Source: a virus. Taken from it: a stretch of 64,000 nt of DNA. Below, in pieces: positions 1 through 6,974 of the stretch (position 1 is its first letter; every line of letters begins with the position of its first letter). Under the pieces are notes generated by a model. That model searched no databases and had not been told where the DNA came from. It saw only the letters and a program-made list of their open reading frames with translations. The DNA lies in IMG/VR virus record IMGVR_UViG_3300005836_000012; one strand, written 5' to 3'. Made by a program: the position numbers and the translations under genes.

Positions 1-694
1 AACGACGATCCAGTGCCGGCCCGGCGACCTCGTGCTCGCTGGTGTTCCCGCAAGCCTCGTCACGACAACCGGCATCGACACGGTTGCGGGCCAGTTGATC
101 CTCGGCGGTGTTGGCGCCCAGGTGCAGGTCGCCGTCACAGTTCGCGCCGGCGTCGGGGCCATGGCGCTGTCCGGCATTCCGGCTGCGGTTCAGCTGGCCA
201 CCGGCATCAACGCGGTCCCTGGCGACCTGCTGCTGCATGGCCATCCGGCGCAGGTGCAGGCGACCGAGGCGACCGTCATCGGCTGCACGGTCGGTGACAT
301 GGCCCTCGCTGGGGTTCCATGCACGGTCAGCCTATTCGTCCCGCCGCCTCCTCCGCCACCCCCGACCGTTGGGCACGGTGGCGGCCCTGGCGGCACAGGA
401 CCGTCGCCGCAGCGGCGCAAGCGCCTGTCGATCGTCGTTGCCGATCGGGCTGTCGTCGTGGCCCGCCTCGCGGTCAGGACCACGGCGATCATCCGCCCGA
501 TGGCCGCGGCCGCGACAGAGGTGGCCGAGTCGGCGCGGCTGGCTGCTCAGGTTGTGCAGCGCGCGCACTGGCCATCGCGCCGCATGAGCGTCGAGGCGGC
601 CGAGACGTGCATCGAGAAGGGCGCCGGCGCGCGGATGGTGTCGGACGACCCGGACCTGCGCGAGTTCTTCGACCTGCTCGCGGAGATTGACTGA
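1..694 (+). CDS. Tandem-repeat (22-aa unit) protein, C-terminal part; 5' end outside window (codon phase starts at nt 2)
   Basis: Frame open from nt 2 to TGA 692-694. About five 22-residue G-x-L-x-L-x-G-V-P-A-type units, a Pro8 tract (nt 341-364), then a charged C-terminal domain. Stop overlaps the next ATG (TGATG). Same repeat family as ORF 63186-64000. Confidence 0.6.
   Translation, partial: TTIQCRPGDLVLAGVPASLVTTTGIDTVAGQLILGGVGAQVQVAVTVRAGVGAMALSGIPAAVQLATGINAVPGDLLLHGHPAQVQATEATVIGCTVGDMALAGVPCTVSLFVPPPPPPPPTVGHGGGPGGTGPSPQRRKRLSIVVADRAVVVARLAVRTTAIIRPMAAAATEVAESARLAAQVVQRAHWPSRRMSVEAAETCIEKGAGARMVSDDPDLREFFDLLAEID
2..334 (+). repeat. In-frame 66-nt (22-codon) tandem repeats, about 5 units
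   Basis: Units read directly: GDLVLAGVPASLVTTTGIDTVA / GQLILGGVGAQVQVAVTVRAGV / GAMALSGIPAAVQLATGINAVP / GDLLLHGHPAQVQATEATVIGCTV / GDMALAGVPCTVSLF. Confidence 0.8.
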
Positions 695-1509
695 TGCGCC
701 TGGAGGGCACCCCGTTCACCTACGCGCGCGTGCGCCTGTGTGGCTGTGACCTGCGCAAGGGCAAGGGCATCGACACGGCAGTGAAGCGCACGGCCGACAA
801 GCGCGGACCGGGGCTGACCAAGCGCATCGGCAAGGTGCTGACGAAGCACGCGAAGGAGGTGGCGCCGAAGATCGCCAAGCGCTACGCGGCGCTGACCAAA
901 GGCAACGAGGACATCATCGCGCGGCTGATGGAGCTGCTCGACCCGCAGTCGATGTCGGAGGCGATCGAGTCGGAACTGGACTACGCCATCCGGCAGGTGT
1001 TCAAGATTCAGGCGATCATCGGCATCACGCAGCTGGGCCTGGAGGTCAGCGCCGACATGGTCACGCAGATGGACAAGGCCGCACGGGCGTGGGCCGCAAC
1101 GCGCGGCGGCGAGCTGATGCGGGACACGGCCGACACCACGATCGAGGCGATGCGGGCGGTGTTCGCCAGAGCGATCGACGAGGGGATGTCAGCCGACAAC
1201 CTGGAAAGCGCCGTGCTCGACGCCGGCTCATTCAGCCTAGCGCGGGCCGCGATGATTGCCCGCACAGAGCTGGCTTTTGCGCACGTAAGCGGGAACGTGG
1301 CCGGCTGGCGCGAGACGGGTCAGGTCGATCGAAAGCGCTGGATTCTCGGCGACAACCACGACATCGACGACGTGTGCGACGACGCGGTGGACGCCGGCGA
1401 TGTCGGCTTGGACGAGGAGTTCGTCGACGGCATCGACTTTCCACCTGCTCACCCCAACTGCGTTTGCGATGTGCTCCCGATCCTGAAAGAATCCGACACC
1501 GGCGACTAG
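694..1509 (+). CDS. Head morphogenesis protein, SPP1 gp7 / Mu F family
   Basis: 271 aa. ARTELAFAH...GW block and C-terminal PPAHPNCVCDV (HPNCRC-type motif) typical of MuF/gp7 minor head proteins. Start overlaps upstream stop. Confidence 0.8.
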   Translation: MRLEGTPFTYARVRLCGCDLRKGKGIDTAVKRTADKRGPGLTKRIGKVLTKHAKEVAPKIAKRYAALTKGNEDIIARLMELLDPQSMSEAIESELDYAIRQVFKIQAIIGITQLGLEVSADMVTQMDKAARAWAATRGGELMRDTADTTIEAMRAVFARAIDEGMSADNLESAVLDAGSFSLARAAMIARTELAFAHVSGNVAGWRETGQVDRKRWILGDNHDIDDVCDDAVDAGDVGLDEEFVDGIDFPPAHPNCVCDVLPILKESDTGD

Positions 1510-1519
1510 GGGTCAAGCG

Positions 1520-1780
1520 ATGGATGTCTGGGTGGTTGGTGAATCGATCAAGGAAACGCCAGAAGGCTGGTGCTGGGACTTCCATGGCGTGTTCACCAGC
1601 GAGGCCCTAGCCGTCGCACGCTGCCTCAAGCCGACGATGTGGATCGGACCGTATCGGATCGACACGCCGATTCCGCTGGAGCGGCAGCCATTCTGGCCTG
1701 GCGCCTACTACCCAAGCGCAGGCAAGGAAACGGCCAACCAGAGCTACGACATCACCGGGCAGCCGCCCAAGAAGGAGTGA
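1520..1780 (+). CDS. Hypothetical protein
   Basis: 86-aa GC3-rich ORF co-directional with head genes. No motif recognised. Confidence 0.45.
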   Translation: MDVWVVGESIKETPEGWCWDFHGVFTSEALAVARCLKPTMWIGPYRIDTPIPLERQPFWPGAYYPSAGKETANQSYDITGQPPKKE

Positions 1781-1784
1781 CGCC

Positions 1785-2105
1785 ATGTTCAAGCCGATCG
1801 GAAACAGCCAGTTCTGCGCCGTGCTGGTCACGGCCGTCCAGTGCAACCTGCCTGGTGGAGGCGACGGGTTGCGCGTCGTCAACCGAGGGGCCGGCGACGT
1901 GGCGCTGCTGCTGCAAAGCGATGCAGCCGCGAACATCAAGGCCGTCCTCCCTGCGGCCGCGGCGAACGGCCCAGCGGCGAACGTCGGCATGCTGATCCTG
2001 GCCAACGCGCCGGCGGAGGTGCTGCAGCTGCCGATCGGCGTGACCGGCGTCAGCCTGATCGGGTCGGCCAACGCGAGCGTCTACCTGACCCGCGGGCACG
2101 TCTGA
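1785..2105 (+). CDS. Hypothetical protein (Ala/Gly/Val-rich)
   Basis: 106 aa. AAGGAG lies 7 nt upstream of the ATG. No motif recognised. Confidence 0.5.
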   Translation: MFKPIGNSQFCAVLVTAVQCNLPGGGDGLRVVNRGAGDVALLLQSDAAANIKAVLPAAAANGPAANVGMLILANAPAEVLQLPIGVTGVSLIGSANASVYLTRGHV

Positions 2106-2112
2106 GGCGGCC

Positions 2113-3624
2113 GTGAACGATAACGGGCTCGGTCGGCGGACCTTCGGCCTTGCCGGCGCGCTGCTCGCGCTGCTCAAGGTCAAGCCGGTGGACAACGCCG
2201 CGCATGACGCTGCCACCAGCCCGCTGAACCTGAAGCGTCCGCCAACGGAGCGCCAGGCCAAGGCCGGGAACTACCCGAAGGGCCACACCAGCGTGGCCGG
2301 CATCCAGATCAGCATCGAGAACCCGGCCGGCAGCCTTCGGAGCGCCAAGTGGGCACCGTTGTCAGCGCACTACGGCTACATCCGCGGCACCGATGGTGCT
2401 GACGGCGATCAGGTCGACGTGTTCGTCCGCCCAGGAACGGCAAACGACTGGGTCGGCGATGTCTACGTCGTCAACCAGCTCGACGCCAGCGGCAGCTTCG
2501 ACGAGCACAAGGCGATGATCGGATGGGCAGACGAGCGCAGCGCTGTGCGTGCGTATGCAGCCAACTACCCGCGCGGGTGGCGCGTCGGGCCGGTCAGCAC
2601 GATGCGTAGCAGCGACTTCCGCAACTGGGTGCGCAATGGCAACCACAAGGCGCCGATCGAAAAGTTGACCGGCGTGCTCGCGCTTCTGAAGTACAGCCCA
2701 GACCAGCCGCGCGACGAACTGGGTCGATGGACTGATGAAGGCGGCGGTGGTGCCGCCGGCGGTGCGGCGGCGATCGAATCGCGCTTTGCCAGCAAGCTGG
2801 GCATGACGGCGATCGGCAAGGACGCGAGCGGCGCGACCCAGTACCACGTCACGGACGAGACGAAGTTCGCAGCCGCCGTGCAGGAATACCACGCGCTGGC
2901 AGAGAAGGATGCGCCTGGGCTCGGCGACCGCATCCTGAACACCGACATCGCGCGCGAGCTATCGAAGGACTACCTGGCGGACCGCAGCCAGTCAGCTGCT
3001 GTGCACGAACCGGCCAGCACGTTCATCAAGGAGCTGTACGCGCGCAGGCTGGCAGCGGAGACGCCAACCGGCCGCGCACCAGTCGTCCTGTTCACGGCTG
3101 GAGGCACAGGCGCCGGCAAGTCGACCGGGATGACCCTGCAAGAAAACAAGGGCATGGTCGCGAAGGCCGATGTCATCTATGACACGAACATGAACACCTA
3201 CGGCAGCGGGGCCAAGAAGATCGACCAGGCGCTGGCCAGCGGGCGCGATGTCCAGGTGCTGTTCGTCCACCGCGATGCCGTCGATGCGCTTGTGTCTGGC
3301 GCGCTGCCGCGAGCAATGCGCCAAGAGAAGCAGTTCGGCAGCGGCCGCACCGTGCCGCTGGCCGAGCACGCCAAGACGCACGAGGGCGCCTATACCACTG
3401 TGAAGGCGATCGGCGAGAATTACGCGGCGACAGGTCGCGTGTCCGTGAACGTCGTGGACAACAGCCGCGGACGAGGCGGCGCGAAGGTGTCCAGCCTGTC
3501 GGAAATCAGTCAACCCAAGGTCAGCATGGAGGCCCTGAAGGGCGCACTCAATGAGCAGTTCAAAGCCGGGAAAATCTCCAGCACCGTCTACACCGGGTTC
3601 GCCGGGCATCCGCCCGGTGGTTAA
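2113..3624 (+). CDS. Two-domain protein: inorganic-pyrophosphatase-like N-domain + zeta-toxin-like P-loop kinase C-domain
   Basis: GTG start with GAGG 6 nt upstream. N-domain GNYPKGH..IENPAGS..YGYIRGTDGADGDQVDVFV (PPase-type DGDxxDV acidic signature). Gly/Ala linker. C-domain Walker A FTAGGTGAGKST with zeta/AAA_33-like layout. Confidence 0.6.
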   Translation: MNDNGLGRRTFGLAGALLALLKVKPVDNAAHDAATSPLNLKRPPTERQAKAGNYPKGHTSVAGIQISIENPAGSLRSAKWAPLSAHYGYIRGTDGADGDQVDVFVRPGTANDWVGDVYVVNQLDASGSFDEHKAMIGWADERSAVRAYAANYPRGWRVGPVSTMRSSDFRNWVRNGNHKAPIEKLTGVLALLKYSPDQPRDELGRWTDEGGGGAAGGAAAIESRFASKLGMTAIGKDASGATQYHVTDETKFAAAVQEYHALAEKDAPGLGDRILNTDIARELSKDYLADRSQSAAVHEPASTFIKELYARRLAAETPTGRAPVVLFTAGGTGAGKSTGMTLQENKGMVAKADVIYDTNMNTYGSGAKKIDQALASGRDVQVLFVHRDAVDALVSGALPRAMRQEKQFGSGRTVPLAEHAKTHEGAYTTVKAIGENYAATGRVSVNVVDNSRGRGGAKVSSLSEISQPKVSMEALKGALNEQFKAGKISSTVYTGFAGHPPGG

Positions 3625-3845
3625 CCTGGAGGCGCGCCGTCGTCCATGGCCTGCTGGGATGTCCCTGCAGCAGTTCGGCCGTGATCTGGCGGAGAGCACT
3701 GCGCGCGGTTTGAGGCGGGTGACGACCGGCCAGAAGTGAGCCGGCGCAGGCCGGCGGCCGTTTGCTCGGCCAGCAGCCTGCCGTATTCAAACAGCGCCGG
3801 CACGCTATGCGGCCATGCCCGCTTGGTCGTTTTCTCGTTCATCAT
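3621..3845 (-). CDS. Hypothetical small protein (weakly supported)
   Basis: ATGATG at 3845 with GGGAG 5 nt upstream, 74 aa. The C-terminal half is low-complexity and the ORF runs through GC hairpins at 3740-3771, so it may be non-coding. Confidence 0.3.
   Translation of the reverse strand: MMNEKTTKRAWPHSVPALFEYGRLLAEQTAAGLRRLTSGRSSPASNRAQCSPPDHGRTAAGTSQQAMDDGAPPG
3740..3771. terminator. Candidate bidirectional terminator between convergent units
   Basis: GCCGGC-gcag-GCCGGC (3740-3755) followed by GGCCG-tttgct-CGGCC (3756-3771). Short T runs on either strand. Sits between the plus-strand head genes and the minus-strand cassette. Confidence 0.35.
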
Positions 3846-3871
3846 TGTCACTCCCGATTGACATTCTACCA

Positions 3872-4768
3872 TCACCCGCGTGGCGCTGGGAGCGCATCCG
3901 GGTGGTACTTCGCAATGATCTTGTTCATGCGGTCGACCAGGTCCAGCCGCTTGAACGTCACGTGCCCGTTGCCGTTTCTGAAGCTGCGCACGCTCAGGTA
4001 ATCGTCGGCCGCATCGGGGTCCGTGGTCTTGTCGCACGCCATCAGCCGGCCGTACCAGCCTTTGCGCGCGCTGTCCGCCTCGGGCTTGCCGTCCAGCACG
4101 GTCATCACGCGCGACAGGTCGTCGAGCATGTCGCCCTTGCTGAAAGTGACGTGGCCCAGCGACGTGCCAGCGCTGCCGTAGCGACCGGCTGAACTGACCT
4201 GACTGCGCACGTACGTCAGCACGATCCGCTTGCCAAACTTCTGCGGGAGGTTCGTCTTGTAGTCCCAGGACAGGGCCTTGAAGCATGCGATCACGCCGCG
4301 GTCGAACATTTCACCGCGCGCGTCGTGGAGCATCCCGAAGGTGCTGCGGACGTTCGACTCGGTGAATTCCGGCACGTCGCCGTTCATGATCGCTTCGTCC
4401 CATTTCTTGCGGGCCGCGGCATCCATGAGCGAGCGCAGGCCTGACTCGTGCATCAGGTACTGCCACGCGTTGCAGTCGATGCCCAGGCGCAGCTTCTTCT
4501 CCAGGTCTGCAGCTGGCGACGCGTCGTGATCCCAGGGCTGGCCGCGGCTGTTCGTGCGGATGCGCGAGGCGGCGATCGACAGGCCGTCTCCGTGGCGGCC
4601 GTATTCGGTGCTGAGAAGCACGCGGGGCATCCCGAGGTGGCCGACTTCCGCGATCGTGGCCGCGTCCTTGATCAGTTCGAACGCTTGGCGCATGCGGTCG
4701 ATCACGGCCGCGCGCTGGTTCACCATGTTGGCGACGCTGACGGATGGGACAAGTTCAGTGGTGCTCAT
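3872..4768 (-). CDS. Hypothetical protein, possibly DUF4942-like
   Basis: 298 aa from ATG 4768, with AGGAGG 8 nt upstream. C-terminal FRNGNGHVTFKRLDLVDRMN resembles the conserved DUF4942 block (recalled from memory, needs an HMM check). Confidence 0.6.
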   Translation of the reverse strand: MSTTELVPSVSVANMVNQRAAVIDRMRQAFELIKDAATIAEVGHLGMPRVLLSTEYGRHGDGLSIAASRIRTNSRGQPWDHDASPAADLEKKLRLGIDCNAWQYLMHESGLRSLMDAAARKKWDEAIMNGDVPEFTESNVRSTFGMLHDARGEMFDRGVIACFKALSWDYKTNLPQKFGKRIVLTYVRSQVSSAGRYGSAGTSLGHVTFSKGDMLDDLSRVMTVLDGKPEADSARKGWYGRLMACDKTTDPDAADDYLSVRSFRNGNGHVTFKRLDLVDRMNKIIAKYHPDALPAPRG

Positions 4769-4953
4769 TCGATCAACCTCCTGGTTGCTGCGATGCGGAT
4801 GCGTTCCCATTGCTGGGCGCGCTGGGTGAAGAACCGCGCGGCGCCGTTGTTGCCGATCTGGGCAGCCTTGATGGCCCGACAGTAGTACGCCACGCGTTCG
4901 GCCGGCGCGCGCTCCATGAGCGACGCGAGCTGGAGTTCACGATGCAGCGTCAT
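4765..4953 (-). CDS. Hypothetical small protein
   Basis: 62 aa. AGGAGA upstream of ATG 4953. Stop overlaps the downstream ATG (ATGA). Confidence 0.5.
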   Translation of the reverse strand: MTLHRELQLASLMERAPAERVAYYCRAIKAAQIGNNGAARFFTQRAQQWERIRIAATRRLIE

Positions 4954-5113
4954 TGAGTCTCCTGATCAGGTCGGCGCGGTGCCGGATGTAGAACGCCAGC
5001 AACTTCGCCACCTCGGGCGGCCGCAGGTCAGCTGACCGCGCACCCTCTTTGGCGATGTAGGCGTTGCACTCGGCAATCGCTTCGCGAATCCTGCGGGCGT
5101 ATTCGGCGGTCAT
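4937..5113 (-). CDS. Hypothetical small protein (58 aa, below ORF-track cutoff)
   Basis: Hand translation MTAEYARRIREAIAECNAYIAKEGARSADLRPPEVAKLLAFYIRHRADLIRRLNDAAS. ATG 5113 overlaps the upstream stop (ATGA). Confidence 0.45.
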   Translation of the reverse strand: MTAEYARRIREAIAECNAYIAKEGARSADLRPPEVAKLLAFYIRHRADLIRRLNDAAS

Positions 5114-5337
5114 GCGTTGCTCCAGTTCCAGTCGATCACGTTGCCGACCACGCAGCCGAGCTGCACGGCCGAATCGCTGCCGGTGGCCAGCGAGCGCCAG
5201 GCCAGCACCTTGCGCCCCATCATCACGTCGACGGTCGGCCGCGAAAACACGGTCGTCGTGGTCCGAAACCGCGGGCTGACCGCGTCGCCGTAATGCTGGC
5301 GGATGATCTGCGCTGCGTTGTTGCGGGTGACGATCAC
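5110..5337 (-). CDS. Hypothetical small protein (GTG start)
   Basis: 75 aa (IVTRNNAAQIIRQHYGD...). GTG 5337 overlaps the upstream TGA (GTGA), preceded by GAAGGGGG. The long ORF-track version (to 5541) has an Arg-rich, implausible N-terminus. Confidence 0.45.
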   Translation of the reverse strand: MIVTRNNAAQIIRQHYGDAVSPRFRTTTTVFSRPTVDVMMGRKVLAWRSLATGSDSAVQLGCVVGNVIDWNWSNA

Positions 5338-5558
5338 GATGCCGCCCCCTTCAAGCCAGCCGGCAGATTCGCCGAGAGCACCGCCGCCAAGACTTCCGCG
5401 CTGGGCGGACCTTCCGGCGCGCCGATCGTGCTGCTGCCGTTCACGGCAACGAACCCAGCCGCCAGCAGTTCTTCGCGCTTCCCGGCATCCGCGCGGAGCC
5501 AGCGCCCGACTTCGGCGCCGCCCTGCCAGAACCAGGTGCAATCGAAACCGAACTTCAT
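5334..5558 (-). CDS. Hypothetical small protein
   Basis: 74 aa from internal ATG 5558 (MKFGFDCTWFWQGG...). The upstream part of the ORF-track ORF is Arg/Gln-rich junk that overlaps the next gene. Confidence 0.5.
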   Translation of the reverse strand: MKFGFDCTWFWQGGAEVGRWLRADAGKREELLAAGFVAVNGSSTIGAPEGPPSAEVLAAVLSANLPAGLKGAAS

Positions 5559-5560
5559 GA

Positions 5561-5671
5561 TCAGCCCTTTCTGGCCTTGACCTTCTTGCAGCCCTTGCAC
5601 ATCACGACGAACCCGCCCAGCATCAGGACGCTGAACCGGCCGCCGCACTTGCACTTCTTGCCCTTCTTCAT
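5561..5671 (-). CDS. 36-aa Cys-rich mini-protein (CxC...CxxC)
   Basis: MKKGKKCKCGGRFSVLMLGGFVVMCKGCKKVKARKG. AAGGAG 5 nt upstream of ATG 5671. ATGA overlap with the upstream gene. Confidence 0.5.
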   Translation of the reverse strand: MKKGKKCKCGGRFSVLMLGGFVVMCKGCKKVKARKG

Positions 5672-5823
5672 GACCGCTCCTTGATCGAGGCCAGGACCAT
5701 CACGCCGCTGTGCACCGCCACGAAGGCGCTGCACACCATCACGGCGACCACCGCAGCAGCACCGGCGAACACCGCCGCCACCACTCCGACCGCCACCACC
5801 GCAACCGCCTCAAAGACCTTCAT
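5668..5823 (-). CDS. Small hydrophobic membrane protein (51 aa)
   Basis: MKVFEAVAVVAVGVVAAVFAGAAAVVAVMVCSAFVAV.... AAGGAG upstream of ATG 5823. First gene downstream of the leftward promoter. Confidence 0.55.
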   Translation of the reverse strand: MKVFEAVAVVAVGVVAAVFAGAAAVVAVMVCSAFVAVHSGVMVLASIKERS

Positions 5824-5848
5824 CGCAAATCTCCTTTTCCACAACGCT

Positions 5849-5877
5849 AGTGTGCGCCAAACACAATTAAATGTCAA
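5849..5877 (-). promoter_or_regulatory. Sigma70-like promoter, leftward (TTGACA-N17-CACACT)
   Basis: Minus strand: TTGACA (5877-5872), 17-nt spacer, CACACT (5854-5849), then leader GTGGAAAAGGAGATTTGCG-ATG. Confidence 0.55.
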
Positions 5878-5883
5878 GCGATA

Positions 5884-5912
5884 TTGACAAATATGTCGAG
5901 CTATGGCACATT
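5884..5912 (+). promoter_or_regulatory. Sigma70-like promoter, rightward (TTGACA-N17-CACATT)
   Basis: TTGACA 5884-5889, 17-nt spacer, CACATT 5907-5912, then leader GTGGAAAGAAAGGAGCTTGCG-ATG (5940). Confidence 0.55.
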
Positions 5913-5939
5913 AGAACTGTGGAAAGAAAGGAGCTTGCG

Positions 5940-6545
5940 ATGAAGATGGGATACCACTGGAGGCCGGAAGGATCGGTGAAGGTGTCCAGCAAGATCAGCG
6001 GCGCTGTCGTCTACTTGAGCCGCGGATCGAAGACCGGGCGCCCCTCAGCGGTCGGATACCGCACTGCGGGCGGCAAGATGATGGCGTTCAACTACTCGTT
6101 CAAAAGCGACGAGAGACGCGCCGAGTACGTGGCCGAATTCCTCAAAGGGTGCGACGCGACCGTGGCTGCCAGGAAGGACAGAGCGGCGGCGCGCAAGGCC
6201 GACATGGCCAAGCCCCACAACCTGAAGGTCGGCGACGTGCTCCACGGTTCTTGGGGCTACGACCAGACCAACGTCGAATTCTGGGAAGTGACCAAGCTGA
6301 TCGGCAAGCGGATGGTCGAGATTCGCGAGAACGTGTGCGAGTCGATCGAGACTGGGTTCATGAGCGGCAACGCGGTCCCCCTGGCTGGCAAGTTCACCAG
6401 CAAGGCAGCCGAGGTGCGCAGAGTCAACGAGAGAAACAGCGTCAAGCTGAAGTCCTTCGGCTGCTACCTGAGCAAGGCTGACGAGGTGACGGTCGATGGC
6501 AAGAAGGTCGGATACAGAGCGATGGGCTGGACGAGCTACGCCTGA
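5940..6545 (+). CDS. Hypothetical protein
   Basis: 201 aa from ATG 5940 (AAAGGAG 6 nt upstream). The ORF-track start at 5871 lies inside the promoter. Confidence 0.6.
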   Translation: MKMGYHWRPEGSVKVSSKISGAVVYLSRGSKTGRPSAVGYRTAGGKMMAFNYSFKSDERRAEYVAEFLKGCDATVAARKDRAAARKADMAKPHNLKVGDVLHGSWGYDQTNVEFWEVTKLIGKRMVEIRENVCESIETGFMSGNAVPLAGKFTSKAAEVRRVNERNSVKLKSFGCYLSKADEVTVDGKKVGYRAMGWTSYA

Positions 6546-6602
6546 CTGGCCGAAAATGAGAGCGCGCGGGGTCATCCCGCGCGCAACAACAAGGAACGCA
6601 AA

Positions 6603-6839
6603 ATGACAACGAGAGCAAAGTTCCGCTGTGACAAGGTCGTCGACTTCGGCGGCGGCCAGCGCGAAATCAGCCTGAGCGTGGTCTATGACCCGAAGGGCAA
6701 CGAGGAAGACCGAAACTTCACGAAGGCCACGCCCAGTGGCACGGTGGTGATGCGCATCGACAACCCGGCAGCCTCGGTGCAGTTCGTGCCAGCGCAGTTC
6801 TACTACGCCGACTTCAGCGACGCGCCCGGCTACAGCTGA
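6603..6839 (+). CDS. Hypothetical small protein
   Basis: 78 aa, MTTRAKFRCDKVVDFGGGQREISLSVVYDP.... Typical small conserved phage ORF shape, family not identified. Confidence 0.55.
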   Translation: MTTRAKFRCDKVVDFGGGQREISLSVVYDPKGNEEDRNFTKATPSGTVVMRIDNPAASVQFVPAQFYYADFSDAPGYS

Positions 6840-6848
6840 TCGTTGAAC

Positions 6849-6870
6849 GGGGGCGCCGGGAGGCGTCCCC
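6849..6870 (+). terminator. GC-rich stem-loop (9 bp incl. one G-U, GGGA loop), weak terminator candidate
   Basis: GGGGGCGCC-ggga-GGCGTCCCC directly after the 6839 stop. No U tract. Confidence 0.3.
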
Positions 6871-6974
6871 AGCGTGGTCGCCATACAGCGATTCGCTGAC
6901 ACCCCGCTGACAATCGTTTGCGGAAATCCCCGCGCGGCGCGAGAATCGCGCCCATCGCAGCGCAGGGGGCCGCC

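Noticed and set aside
3551-3739. 62-aa plus-strand ORF after the zeta-like gene
   Set aside because: It overlaps the 3' end of the 503-aa gene in another frame. Only its last 26 codons are intergenic. Its resemblance to the minus-strand peptide reflects the inverted repeat, not coding.
5110-5558. Apparent -1 frameshift at the G5 run (AAGGGGGCGG, about 5341-5349) joining the MKFGFD... frame to the ...IVIVTRNNAAQ... frame
   Set aside because: A simpler reading fits the genome-wide pattern: the upstream gene stops at TGA 5336-5334 and the downstream gene starts at GTG 5337 (GTGA overlap) behind GAAGGGGG. A homopolymer sequencing error cannot be excluded without reads.
5904-5909. TGGCAC, matching the sigma54 -24 element
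   Set aside because: The required TTGC -12 element is absent at the correct spacing (AACT is found instead). The hexamer sits inside the spacer/-10 of the sigma70-like promoter.
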